Below, piece after piece: positions 1-8,462 of a stretch of DNA of 30,773 bases. The position numbers were made by a program, and so were the translations under genes. Source of the DNA: a virus (lineage: Duplodnaviria; Caudoviricetes); the IMG/VR virus record IMGVR_UViG_3300037423_000302, positions 1 through 30,773 of that record. The stretch is one strand, 5' to 3'. The notes under the pieces are model-generated. The model was not told where the DNA came from, did no database searches, and worked only from the letters and a program-made list of their open reading frames with translations. Each line of letters begins with the position of its first letter. Position 1 is the first letter of the stretch.

Positions 1-213
1 TAGCATTTGACTCCAAGCATATTCCCGGACATAACGGGATAGAACTGGGGAACTAGCGGATAATACGGCGAAATCATTGATGTTTAATCCTTCTTTCATC
101 CAAGAGCGGCACACTCCACGAATAGCCTTTAAAGCGGCGGCATCAGTGGTAGCAATCCATGTAGACGTTTCGATAACTTCACCCGTTTGCAAATTAGCGA
201 TTTGAATTTTCAT
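1..213 (-). CDS. Small early hypothetical protein, runs off the window edge (MKIQIANLQTGEVIETSTW...)
   Basis: Not in ORF track. GGAGGT SD 8 nt before ATG at 213; frame open for 71 codons to position 1. Confidence 0.7.
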   Translation of the reverse strand, partial: MKIQIANLQTGEVIETSTWIATTDAAALKAIRGVCRSWMKEGLNINDFAVLSASSPVLSRYVREYAWSQML

Positions 214-264
214 TAGTTCATACCTCCGATTTTTAATTTTTGAAATTTGATTTGTGAAACAATC

Positions 265-294
265 ACAGCCCACATACACAGGTATTTGGGCTGT
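265..294. other. Intergenic stem-loop, possible terminator or processing site
   Basis: ACAGCCCA/TGGGCTGT arms plus ATAC/GTAT inner pairs, between two leftward genes; no clear U-tract. Confidence 0.45.
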
Positions 295-316
295 ACATTT
301 ATCCACAAATTGTGAA

Positions 317-940
317 TTAGTTGTTGATAAACTCAATGCGGCAAATAGGCATTCCGTCTTTTCGTTGGTGGAATTCAAATCCAAATTCACCCATATTGTC
401 AATATCCACTTGATTAATTCTAGCTGTTTTCTTGAAAAAGCCAGTATCTTTCAGCAATTGAAAGGCGTCTTTAGAACTAGCGGATTCATGCAATTGCAAT
501 AGTTCATCATCTAAAGTTTCTTCCACACACATGTTATTGATTTCCCAGCCATCCTTTTTATTGCCCCAAACATCGAAATAATTGATAACCTTGATTTGTT
601 TGATACCTTTTGACCACTCAATATGAGCATGAGCGGCGTCCACTAGGTAAGCTGTACCTCTATCTACATTATCCACTTCAATTGTATGCTCCTCTTGGAA
701 TGACTTTGAGTATTGTTTGTTCAATTCACGTATGAATTGTGATTGAATTTTGCTAGTTGTATTGGAGTAACTGGTGCGATTGATGATTAATCCAAGTTCA
801 GAACGTTCAGCCAGACAAGTTGCATAGTTCATTAAACGCTTGCCATCGTTGCTAATCCATAGGTTGCCAGTGTGGGATTCGATATTGGTATTTCCTTGAA
901 AAAACATTTTGATAACCGTTTCATTATTATATTTTGCCAT
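317..940 (-). CDS. Early phage protein, probably two small domains (207 aa)
   Basis: Start moved from 1000 to ATG 940 (GGAGGT SD, 7 nt spacer). YSNTTSKIQ and YFDVWGNKKDGWEINN resemble motifs of uncharacterised phage early proteins. Confidence 0.75.
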   Translation of the reverse strand: MAKYNNETVIKMFFQGNTNIESHTGNLWISNDGKRLMNYATCLAERSELGLIINRTSYSNTTSKIQSQFIRELNKQYSKSFQEEHTIEVDNVDRGTAYLVDAAHAHIEWSKGIKQIKVINYFDVWGNKKDGWEINNMCVEETLDDELLQLHESASSKDAFQLLKDTGFFKKTARINQVDIDNMGEFGFEFHQRKDGMPICRIEFINN

Positions 941-1111
941 TTGTATTACCTCCAGATTTTTATTTGTAGAAACGTGTGATACTACATTTATTGTATCCAT
1001 ATCACATTAAACTTATTCCTACTACAATGTGATAATTTTACGGTAGTAGGTGCGTGACAATATCACATTGAAACTCATTTTGAAAAATCACTTGAGAGAG
1101 TGTTTAAGTTC

Positions 1112-1179
1112 ATGAATTTATTTACTATTGGCTACTACAAATCAGGTAAATATATCATTTCTGTAGTAAATAAATTCAT
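1112..1179. repeat. Perfect 16-bp inverted repeat ATGAATTTATTTACTA / TAGTAAATAAATTCAT, 36-bp spacer
   Basis: Arms read directly at 1112-1127 and 1164-1179. Confidence 0.85.
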
Positions 1180-1311
1180 CAATTAACAAGTTGCTGTACC
1201 AGTGTTTTTCAGATGACTCGGAAATAGTGAGAATATCAAAAATGGCTACTACATTTATTTTTTGTATGCAGTAAGAATATCACAAAAATGACATTGTGAT
1301 GAAAACATGTA

Positions 1312-1339
1312 GAAAAGGCATGTATTTGTAATACATGCC
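1312..1339 (-). terminator. Intrinsic terminator for the leftward small gene
   Basis: GGCATGTATT-ACA-AATACATGCC 10-bp stem followed by TTTTC on the minus strand, 12 nt after the stop at 1352. Confidence 0.7.
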
Positions 1340-1351
1340 ATTGTATAAATA

Positions 1352-1576
1352 TTACTTTGTAATTTTTGTGGCTTTTTTGTATTCACGCTTAATTTTTTGA
1401 AGTTGTAGAATTAAGTCTTGTAGTTGCTCCTCATTAGCAAAAAGTGTGACATCAACCTCAGTAGAATGTAGATTAATAACGTTATAAACGTCATCTGGCG
1501 TACTTGGATTGCTTGTTACATAGCCATCTACTTTTAAAATGTCACGTCTTGCATGGATTGAAAGGGATACACTCAT
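1352..1576 (-). CDS. Small hypothetical protein (~74 aa)
   Basis: ORF track 1352..1585; ATG at 1576 with weak SD; followed by a terminator; C-terminal amphipathic/basic helix. Confidence 0.55.
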   Translation of the reverse strand: MSVSLSIHARRDILKVDGYVTSNPSTPDDVYNVINLHSTEVDVTLFANEEQLQDLILQLQKIKREYKKATKITK

Positions 1577-1604
1577 TAGTTTCACTCACTTTTTAGTTGT
1601 AGTC

Positions 1605-1940
1605 ACACACAATGCACTTGTGTATGCCATTCAGCTAAAAAGCTGAGAGGGCATTTCACCCAGACTGCATACCCTACACGCTCTTTTATCCGGGCTTACC
1701 AGATAACTGCCTGTGCATTGTCGCAAATTGTTCCCCGGCGGTTTAAACCGAGAATTCCCTTTTATAGCGGGGAAGCTGGTGCCTACACCATAGCGGGGGC
1801 TATTTCTACAAATCACCCAAAAATTGTACTCGGTATGAACGGAGTGTCCGGGAGGCAGTCAAGCCGCTCCCCTCTATTTCTCCTTAGTTCCCATCCAAGC
1901 CGCCCCAGCGGGCAACCAAGCAAGGCGGGAACTATTAACT
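1605..1940 (-). ncRNA. Candidate multi-stem structured RNA (~335 nt) or long structured leader
   Basis: GC-rich island with at least 8 nested helices, several closing only with G-U pairs on the minus strand; promoter immediately upstream. Confidence 0.6.
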
Positions 1941-1946
1941 GTGATT

Positions 1947-1976
1947 AGCTTACCATACATTGTATGCACCCGTCAA
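1947..1976 (-). promoter_or_regulatory. sigmaA-type promoter, leftward
   Basis: TTGACG - 18 bp - TAAGCT with extended -10 TG. Confidence 0.6.
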
Positions 1977-2009
1977 GCAGGATATTCATACAATTTTTAA
2001 AAATTTTGT

Positions 2010-2187
2010 GTGTGGGTTTTCAGCCCACTTGACGCTTAACGTTCAACGGCTGGCGGTCTACACTGCCTGACAGACTGTAACCTACTCACCCGCTTCTACT
2101 GCCTGCACCATGGTACCCGTCAGGTATGCCGCTGGGATTTGTTCTTGTAGTACGTTGTCTGAAACTGATGTATTCGCTTGCCTTGAC
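2010..2187 (-). ncRNA. Second candidate structured RNA (~175 nt)
   Basis: GC-rich; helices 2066-2073/2117-2124, 2053-2056/2129-2132, 2012-2016/2024-2028, 2021-2025/2048-2052; weak promoter TTTAAA-17-TAGTAT at 2191-2219. Confidence 0.4.
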
Positions 2188-2429
2188 TTAATACTACTAC
2201 GGGCGTCACAACCTTTAAACCGTCATATTCAGCCGTTTTGGGCAGTTTTTACGGTAAAACCTTCGATTATCTCCGTTTATCTCACTGTATCGCAGTTTTT
2301 CATCTTTTTGTAGTAGATTATGCGATTGTTTCACACTACATTGTTTCACATGTGTGAAATGCTTCACAAACTACATGCGTGTATTTAATAGAAGAAAGTC
2401 GTTTCGGCGGTTTCTGGCGGCGTCTTTAA

Positions 2430-2446
2430 TGCAAGAATCGTGCCAA
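2430..2446 (-). promoter_or_regulatory. sigma54 (sigmaL)-type -24/-12 element
   Basis: Minus strand reads TTGGCACGATTCTTGCA, an exact match to TGGCAC-N5-TTGCA. Confidence 0.55.
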
Positions 2447-2784
2447 CTTTTGTGGTGAATGTGGACGTTATTATTGTACTATAATGTGTATGCTATTTTA
2501 ATATAGTGATTTAAGCACAAATAGTGTAATTTTACACCTACAATTCAAAAAGGCGTATGTATGCCAGAATGACGTATTTGGCGTATGCAGGCTTTTAATT
2601 TTTCAGATACTACGATACCCGGCGGCAATGGTGTACAATGGCGGGCAAATGTGGGCTTCTGGTGATTTTGGCATTCTGGCGGCTGATGGTGTATATTTAC
2701 ACTTTTTGTGTCATTCCCTAGTTCCCAACAAGGCAGGGTGTAACCAGACTGGTGACATGTATTGTAACTGATTACATTACAGGT

Positions 2785-2816
2785 GGGAGCAGGGTGGGTG
2801 GGTATAGGGGTAGGGG
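2785..2816 (+). other. Six G-tracts upstream of the packaging genes (G-quadruplex-capable; candidate pac/terminus region)
   Basis: GGGAGCAGGGTGGGTGGGTATAGGGGTAGGGG, ~190 bp before the putative terS. Confidence 0.5.
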
Positions 2817-2920
2817 TATGCCCCGGTCTGGCTCAAAACTTGAGTCCCTAATCGTACTACGGGCGGGAACTGTGCGGGGGAAACCTTAAAACCCCCTTGG
2901 TGTTGTCCCCTAAAAAACAC

Positions 2921-2950
2921 TTTACTACACCCATGCACATGAAGTATAAT
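2921..2950 (+). promoter_or_regulatory. Probable promoter of the packaging operon
   Basis: TTTACT - 18 bp - TATAAT ahead of an AAGGAGGT SD and ATG 3003. Confidence 0.5.
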
Positions 2951-3002
2951 ACAGATATATAAAAATAAAAAACTACAAATAATTGCAAAGGAGGTATACT
3001 CC

Positions 3003-3401
3003 ATGCTTACCAGTATGCTTGAACAATCGAATGCCCTAGCAGACTACTCACTACCCCAAAAAACAATCCTTATGACACTGGCTGGTAGGTTCCAGTCCCA
3101 GACAGATTACTTATTTCTAAACCCGGAGGAACTACAACAAGAAACTTCCCTAGGTTCCATTGAACAGTGGTATGCTCTACTAAACTTGCAGGAAACTAAG
3201 AACTACATTAAAGGGCAGATGGCGTTCTTGAGTCAAATCGCACAGCGTAAAACGTTTAAGGAACTAGTGGAAATGGCGTTGGATGGTAACCATCAAGCCG
3301 CAAAACAAGTACAGGAGTTAAGTGGCGTCCTTAACCAGCAGGATTCCAATAGAGTCGTAGTGTTGCATAGAATCCCAAGACCAGAACAGGGGGTACAATG
3401 A
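3003..3401 (+). CDS. Probable terminase small subunit
   Basis: Strong SD, 132 aa helical protein, first gene of the packaging operon. Function assigned by position only. Confidence 0.5.
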   Translation: MLTSMLEQSNALADYSLPQKTILMTLAGRFQSQTDYLFLNPEELQQETSLGSIEQWYALLNLQETKNYIKGQMAFLSQIAQRKTFKELVEMALDGNHQAAKQVQELSGVLNQQDSNRVVVLHRIPRPEQGVQ

Positions 3402-3571
3402 TGTGGATTAGTAAAAAGAAATTTAAATATTTACAAGCGTTGATTTTGGCTAATTCAGCTATGCTTACTGCATTGACACAACAACTTGATAATGAAGGTA
3501 AGTTGAATGGTGATAAAGTAATGAAGTTATATGAAGAAGGAATGAATGAATTAAAAGAAATGATTAAATAG
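3401..3571 (+). CDS. Small hypothetical protein (56 aa, MWISKKKFKYLQALILANS...)
   Basis: Not in ORF track. AGGGGG SD, start overlaps upstream TGA, fills the gap; AT-rich. Confidence 0.7.
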   Translation: MWISKKKFKYLQALILANSAMLTALTQQLDNEGKLNGDKVMKLYEEGMNELKEMIK

Positions 3572-3584
3572 GAGGTAAATTAAA

Positions 3585-4262
3585 ATGAATCCAGAAGAAT
3601 TACAACAAATGACACAAGGGGCACCAGAAATGACCCCGGAACAAATGCAATTACAGGAACAGCAAGACCAGCAATTAGCACAGGCAGGGGTAGACCCAGA
3701 GCAAAATCCAGAAGCGGCTAATCAAGCCATGCAAGGTCAACAAGGACAACCAACTGTTATGAGTCCAGACCAATTCGCAGGACAAGGTTTTGAAATGGGT
3801 GGTGAACCACAAGAACCTCAGGAACCAGACGCACAATCCATGTTAAATGAAGTCATCTTGCAGTACATGGATTTCGCCATTGGAATTAAGAATGATAAGG
3901 AACTAGACCAACAAGTTAAGAGTAAAATCATGGCTGAACAGGCTGGTGCCATATCTTCCCTAGTTCAGTTGTTGAATAACAGTGGCGAAATGGAAATGGC
4001 GAAAATGCGTCATGAAATGGATTTGAAATATCAAGAACATGAAATGGATATGCAAATTAAACAGCAGGAATTGGAAATGAAGAAACAGGAAGCAGAATTG
4101 AAACTTCATTTGCAAGCACAACAAGGGCAACAAAAAATACAACAACAAGAGCAACAACATCAGACTAAATTAGTCCAAGGGCAAGAAAGCCATGAAACCA
4201 AGTTACAGCAACAGAAACAAGCCGCACAATCAAAACAGAGTAGTAACCCTAGTAGCAACTAA
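3585..4262 (+). CDS. Gln-rich coiled-coil protein of the head/packaging module
   Basis: AGGAGGT SD; Q/E/M-rich; N-terminus MNPEEL shared with the portal. Confidence 0.8.
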   Translation: MNPEELQQMTQGAPEMTPEQMQLQEQQDQQLAQAGVDPEQNPEAANQAMQGQQGQPTVMSPDQFAGQGFEMGGEPQEPQEPDAQSMLNEVILQYMDFAIGIKNDKELDQQVKSKIMAEQAGAISSLVQLLNNSGEMEMAKMRHEMDLKYQEHEMDMQIKQQELEMKKQEAELKLHLQAQQGQQKIQQQEQQHQTKLVQGQESHETKLQQQKQAAQSKQSSNPSSN

Positions 4263-4264
4263 AC

Positions 4265-5776
4265 ATGTCTACTTGCTATAACTGCAAAGTTGGTGAAATG
4301 GTATCTCCTCCAGACCAACATCCTGCATACCTACAATGCAATTCCTGTATGGCGATTGAGTTAACATACAACCCACAGGATTACCAAGAGGAAATGCACA
4401 CAGTTAAGACAGGACAAGAGGATGATACTGACATTATAGCTGTATTCGGTGGATACGGTTCTGGTAAATCTAAAGCAACCTTAGAGGAATTTCTTCTAAG
4501 GGCTTTAGAGAATCCAAGAGGTAGCGGTCTGTTTGCGGCACAGACTTTGGGACAGTTGAAAAAGACAACTTTAAAGACATGGTTTGAAGAAGTATGTCCT
4601 CCTCCCCTCATTGAAAGCTATAATAAAACTGACGGAATTATCAAACTAGTCAATGGGTTTACTATCTTTATTGTAGCAACGGACGAAGAACAAAAAATAC
4701 GTTCCTTAAACTTAGGATTGGCACACGTGGAGGAGATTTCTGGTATCAAGAAATCCATCTACACACAGATTCAATCCCGTATGCGTGACCCATTCACACG
4801 TAACAAGGCAATCATTGTTTGTTCTAACCCGGCTAACACATGGATTAAGGATGTGTTCGTTGACAATGAAGCACGTAAAGACCCAAAACATCCACAGCAC
4901 AGCGAATATAACCGCTTCATGCGTACATTTGTCTGGAGAACTGAACTGAATAAGTACTTACCAGCCAACTTTATTGAAATGAACACCATTGGTAAGCCAG
5001 AATGGTACAGAAAGAAATACTTTGAAGGTTCTTTTGAATACAATAGCGGTATGGTATATCCAGAAATAGCAGATACATTTATTGACCCATACCCAGTTAC
5101 AAAAGATACTGACGAATATGGTATACCTAAAGACTGGGAACGTATGGTAGCCATGGACTATGGTTTACGTAACCCTACAGCTGTTCCATTTGGTGCCATC
5201 AATCCTAAAACTGGTGAAGTAGTTATTTTCAATGAGTATTATGTAGCTGAAAAAACACTACCTTATCACGCTAATAAACTAAAACCTTTGATTGATAAGA
5301 TTCCCTCAGGTCTTCTCAGGTTTTTAGTGGCTGACCCTGCCATCAAGAACAGGATGAATGACGTTATCTCCGGGAAAAACATACAATCTCACTTTATGGA
5401 GTACGGCATATTCTGGGCACTTGGTAATAACAACTTAGAATACGGACTGGCTAAAGTAAACTCCTACATCGAAGCTGGCAAACTGAAAATCTACAAGACC
5501 TGTGTAAACCTAATCAAAGAACTCTTGCAGTACACATATCCAGAAGTGGACATAGACAATGCAGACGAAAATCTGGATGAAAAACCAGAGAAGAAAAATG
5601 ACCACTTGTGTGACGCATTGAGATACATGATTGCGAGATTACCAGATGACCCAGAACATTTAAAATTGTCATCTTATAATCCACCAAAATCGTATGCAGG
5701 ATATGGAAACTATGATACAATTGAGTATGACGATGAACTTCCAGAGAAATTTGAGGATTATCTAGCCTATTATTAG
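4265..5776 (+). CDS. terL: Terminase large subunit
   Basis: Walker A GGYGSGKS, Walker B AHVEE, coupling motif CSNP, nuclease motifs MDYG and NDHLCDALRY; N-terminal CxxC...CxxC. Confidence 0.95.
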   Translation: MSTCYNCKVGEMVSPPDQHPAYLQCNSCMAIELTYNPQDYQEEMHTVKTGQEDDTDIIAVFGGYGSGKSKATLEEFLLRALENPRGSGLFAAQTLGQLKKTTLKTWFEEVCPPPLIESYNKTDGIIKLVNGFTIFIVATDEEQKIRSLNLGLAHVEEISGIKKSIYTQIQSRMRDPFTRNKAIIVCSNPANTWIKDVFVDNEARKDPKHPQHSEYNRFMRTFVWRTELNKYLPANFIEMNTIGKPEWYRKKYFEGSFEYNSGMVYPEIADTFIDPYPVTKDTDEYGIPKDWERMVAMDYGLRNPTAVPFGAINPKTGEVVIFNEYYVAEKTLPYHANKLKPLIDKIPSGLLRFLVADPAIKNRMNDVISGKNIQSHFMEYGIFWALGNNNLEYGLAKVNSYIEAGKLKIYKTCVNLIKELLQYTYPEVDIDNADENLDEKPEKKNDHLCDALRYMIARLPDDPEHLKLSSYNPPKSYAGYGNYDTIEYDDELPEKFEDYLAYY

Positions 5777-5795
5777 GAGAAAAGGGGAGATTTTA

Positions 5796-6065
5796 ATGAG
5801 TAATGTGAGAATTACACAAGACCAGATTAACGATATCTTAGCCAATTCAGAGAAAAAAGTTTTTAAATTTTTTGACAAGACTACATTAGTTGTAGTTAAA
5901 CTGCCTAATGGATTTGTAATCTCTGAATCTTCCAGCTGTGTAGACCCGGCTAACTTTGATGAAGTCATTGGATATGAAATCTGTATGGACAGAATCGAAA
6001 ATAAAATCTGGGAATTAGAAGGGTACGCCTTACAAAAGAAGGTGCATGAGAATGGCAGTCGCTAA
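5796..6065 (+). CDS. N4 gp49/Sf6 gp66 family protein (possible Acb4-type nucleotide sponge)
   Basis: Family-like sequence LPNGFVISESSSCVDPANFDEVIG...KIWELEGY; 89 aa. Confidence 0.8.
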   Translation: MSNVRITQDQINDILANSEKKVFKFFDKTTLVVVKLPNGFVISESSSCVDPANFDEVIGYEICMDRIENKIWELEGYALQKKVHENGSR

Positions 6066-6378
6066 GAAATACAATTACCGTATTCAGTACATCGACAATA
6101 CCTATCAAATCGTAGATTGGACAAAGGCTGAATTAAAATCAGTCAGTATTGCCATGGCGAATGAAGTCCCTGCTATATTGGTGGGTGAGGACGTATTCCG
6201 CACTACAGATATCCGGGCTATTGTATATCTTCCTCCAGTTCCAGTACCTACCGAAGCTGAAATAAAGGCAGAACAGGAGAAACAAGCAAAAGAAGAATGG
6301 GATTTTGTGGACGCTCAAACAAAGAAATGGCTGAAAGAGCAAGGTATTTTACCAACAACGGGAGGTGCTAACGAATGA
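6052..6378 (+). CDS. Hypothetical protein
   Basis: AAGGTG SD 7 nt before ATG 6052; overlaps both neighbours. Confidence 0.75.
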   Translation: MAVAKKYNYRIQYIDNTYQIVDWTKAELKSVSIAMANEVPAILVGEDVFRTTDIRAIVYLPPVPVPTEAEIKAEQEKQAKEEWDFVDAQTKKWLKEQGILPTTGGANE

Positions 6379-8408
6379 ATCCAGAAGAATTAGCCACTTT
6401 AATGCAACAGGGTGGAGGAGAAAAACCGCCATTGGGTAATGAAGGTGGGGAAATGCCAAATACCGAAACCGAGCAGGAAGAAGAACGTGAGGACATTAAC
6501 CAGCCTGACAAAATGAGTGCAGAAGACCAGCGTAAGTTAATTAATAAAGCTGAACGCCGTTACTACAATGCGTCACAAGGAATGTCTGAACATCATAAAA
6601 TGTGGGCAATGATTGACATGTTTGACAGAGGACGCCAATGGGATAGCGTACAGTTACCTGTATGGTTACCAAAGCCAGTCACCAACTTAATTCGGTACGT
6701 TCGTACAACTAAGCGGGCAAACTTAGCACAGAACGTACCGCAAGCTGACTTCATTCCAATGACACCAATTGATGCTCCATTAGTTCGTGCCATCCAAAAA
6801 GCATATGACCATGTATGGGATGAACAAAAAGTTCCTATGATGGTACGCCGTTGCATGGATAGGGCTTTACTGCATGGTACTTCTATAGCATATGTGTATG
6901 CAGAGGAAAACATTCGTGGTAAATACTTCGGTGAGAAAAATCCAAACAACATGATGTATCGCTATGACATAAAAGTAAAGCGGTTAAACAATGCACGATT
7001 TTACATTGACCCAACTGCTTATTGTTTGAATGAAGCAAAATACATGACGATTACTGAACCGCTAAGTTTCAGTGATGTTAAAAATAACCCAATGTTCCGG
7101 GAGTATGCAGGAGAAAAATTGACCAAGCTGGAGTGGGCTGACCTACAAAGAGATAGCGAAGCGAACGGTGATATATTTGACCGTCCTACTACAAAGTCAG
7201 ACATGTCTTTACAGGAGGAACTAGGGGATGAAATGGTTACAGTTCATATTCACTGGGAAAGATACCGTAATAAAGACGGTGCATGGCAAGTGGATGTCTC
7301 TTATTTCATGTGGAACACTGATTTCTTGTTATATCGTATTGAGGATTTTAAACCATCAATCTATCCATTTGCTGTCCTCTATGATGAAGAAGAAGATTTG
7401 TCTTTCTGGGGAACATCAACAGCAATGGACATGTTGGAAAACCAGAAGATTATCAATAAAACTGCACAAGCGGCTAGTATTATTGGAACCCTACATCAAA
7501 ATCCGCAACGAGTCGTTTTACGTGAAAGTGGAATCAATGCGGCAGAAATGTCACGTACAGGAACGCTTGCTGGGAAAGTATGGACTTCAAACGTACCTAA
7601 TGCTGTCGAGACATTACAACCACCAGACATTCCAAAAGGATTGTTTGACATCGAAGACAGAATGAAACTGGACATCAAAGACATGGCTGGTATCACTGAA
7701 TCCTACACCGGGGAATCTGTAGGAAGTTTGACAACCTCAACTGGGGTTGATTCATTGATTGAACGTTCTACAATTCGTGACCGAGATAAAGCACTACAGA
7801 TTGACCAGTTTGTAGAAGACTTGTCGAATATCATTGTACAGTTCATTCTTGTATACTGGCAGGAAGAACGTCCATTGATGACACGTGCCCAGAATGGTTC
7901 AGCCAGCTTTGAGACTTGGAAACCAGTGAACAAGGAAGCTATTGAAAACTTAGAATGGCGTGTTCGTTCTGATGTGTACGCAAAGGCTCCTATTACTGCG
8001 GCAAGTAAATCCCAGCAAGCTGATAACCTCATGCAAATGCAAGGGCAATTCCAGTTTGACCCTCCATGTATTACAGTGGAAGAATGGATTGAAATGAAAG
8101 ACTTCCCTAATAAGGAAGACATTCTGGCACGTATGCAACAAGACCGGGCTAATAAGAAGCAACAGGACGCTCAAGCGTTACAAGGTCAGGTCATGGCTAT
8201 TGTTGGTCAAGCAAGTCAGCTAAGAAAGCAGGGGGCTACAGAGGAGCAAGTACAACAGCAAATCAGCCCAATGATTCAGCAGATGATTCAAGCTACATTT
8301 ACTTCTGGTCAGAATCAAGGTTCTGCTGGGCAGATGTTGAACCAAGGTGCTTTGGCTCCACAAGGAACTACATCACCAACTGCAATGGGAAACATGACAA
8401 GAGGATAA
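6375..8408 (+). CDS. Portal protein, P22-like podovirus type with Gln-rich C-terminal barrel
   Basis: 677 aa after terL; segments GRQW...KPVTNLI, YPFAVL, LENQKIINK, DMAGITE; Q-rich tail. Confidence 0.9.
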   Translation: MNPEELATLMQQGGGEKPPLGNEGGEMPNTETEQEEEREDINQPDKMSAEDQRKLINKAERRYYNASQGMSEHHKMWAMIDMFDRGRQWDSVQLPVWLPKPVTNLIRYVRTTKRANLAQNVPQADFIPMTPIDAPLVRAIQKAYDHVWDEQKVPMMVRRCMDRALLHGTSIAYVYAEENIRGKYFGEKNPNNMMYRYDIKVKRLNNARFYIDPTAYCLNEAKYMTITEPLSFSDVKNNPMFREYAGEKLTKLEWADLQRDSEANGDIFDRPTTKSDMSLQEELGDEMVTVHIHWERYRNKDGAWQVDVSYFMWNTDFLLYRIEDFKPSIYPFAVLYDEEEDLSFWGTSTAMDMLENQKIINKTAQAASIIGTLHQNPQRVVLRESGINAAEMSRTGTLAGKVWTSNVPNAVETLQPPDIPKGLFDIEDRMKLDIKDMAGITESYTGESVGSLTTSTGVDSLIERSTIRDRDKALQIDQFVEDLSNIIVQFILVYWQEERPLMTRAQNGSASFETWKPVNKEAIENLEWRVRSDVYAKAPITAASKSQQADNLMQMQGQFQFDPPCITVEEWIEMKDFPNKEDILARMQQDRANKKQQDAQALQGQVMAIVGQASQLRKQGATEEQVQQQISPMIQQMIQATFTSGQNQGSAGQMLNQGALAPQGTTSPTAMGNMTRG

Positions 8409-8422
8409 TTGTATGTTATAAT
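8394..8422 (+). promoter_or_regulatory. Strong sigmaA-like promoter overlapping the portal stop
   Basis: ATGACA - 17 bp - TATAAT with extended -10 TG. Confidence 0.6.
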
Positions 8423-8462
8423 GAAAACGTGCAGAATTCAGATGTTGGAGGATATCTCCCCC

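Noticed and set aside
1605-2187. tRNA, hammerhead or group I intron identity for the structured RNAs
   Set aside because: No cloverleaf with T-loop and CCA, no CUGANGA core, and no interrupted gene.
2325-2360. parS-like TGTTTCAC half-sites (ATTGTTTCACA at 2325, 2340 and reversed at 253)
   Set aside because: Best 16-mer matches TGTTTCACGTGAAACA at only 11/16; the repeat is real but is not a Spo0J parS site.
1631-3004. ORF-track ORFs 1631-1816, 1718-1948, 2110-2313, 2777-3004
   Set aside because: No SD, atypical composition, and they overlap structured or regulatory DNA.
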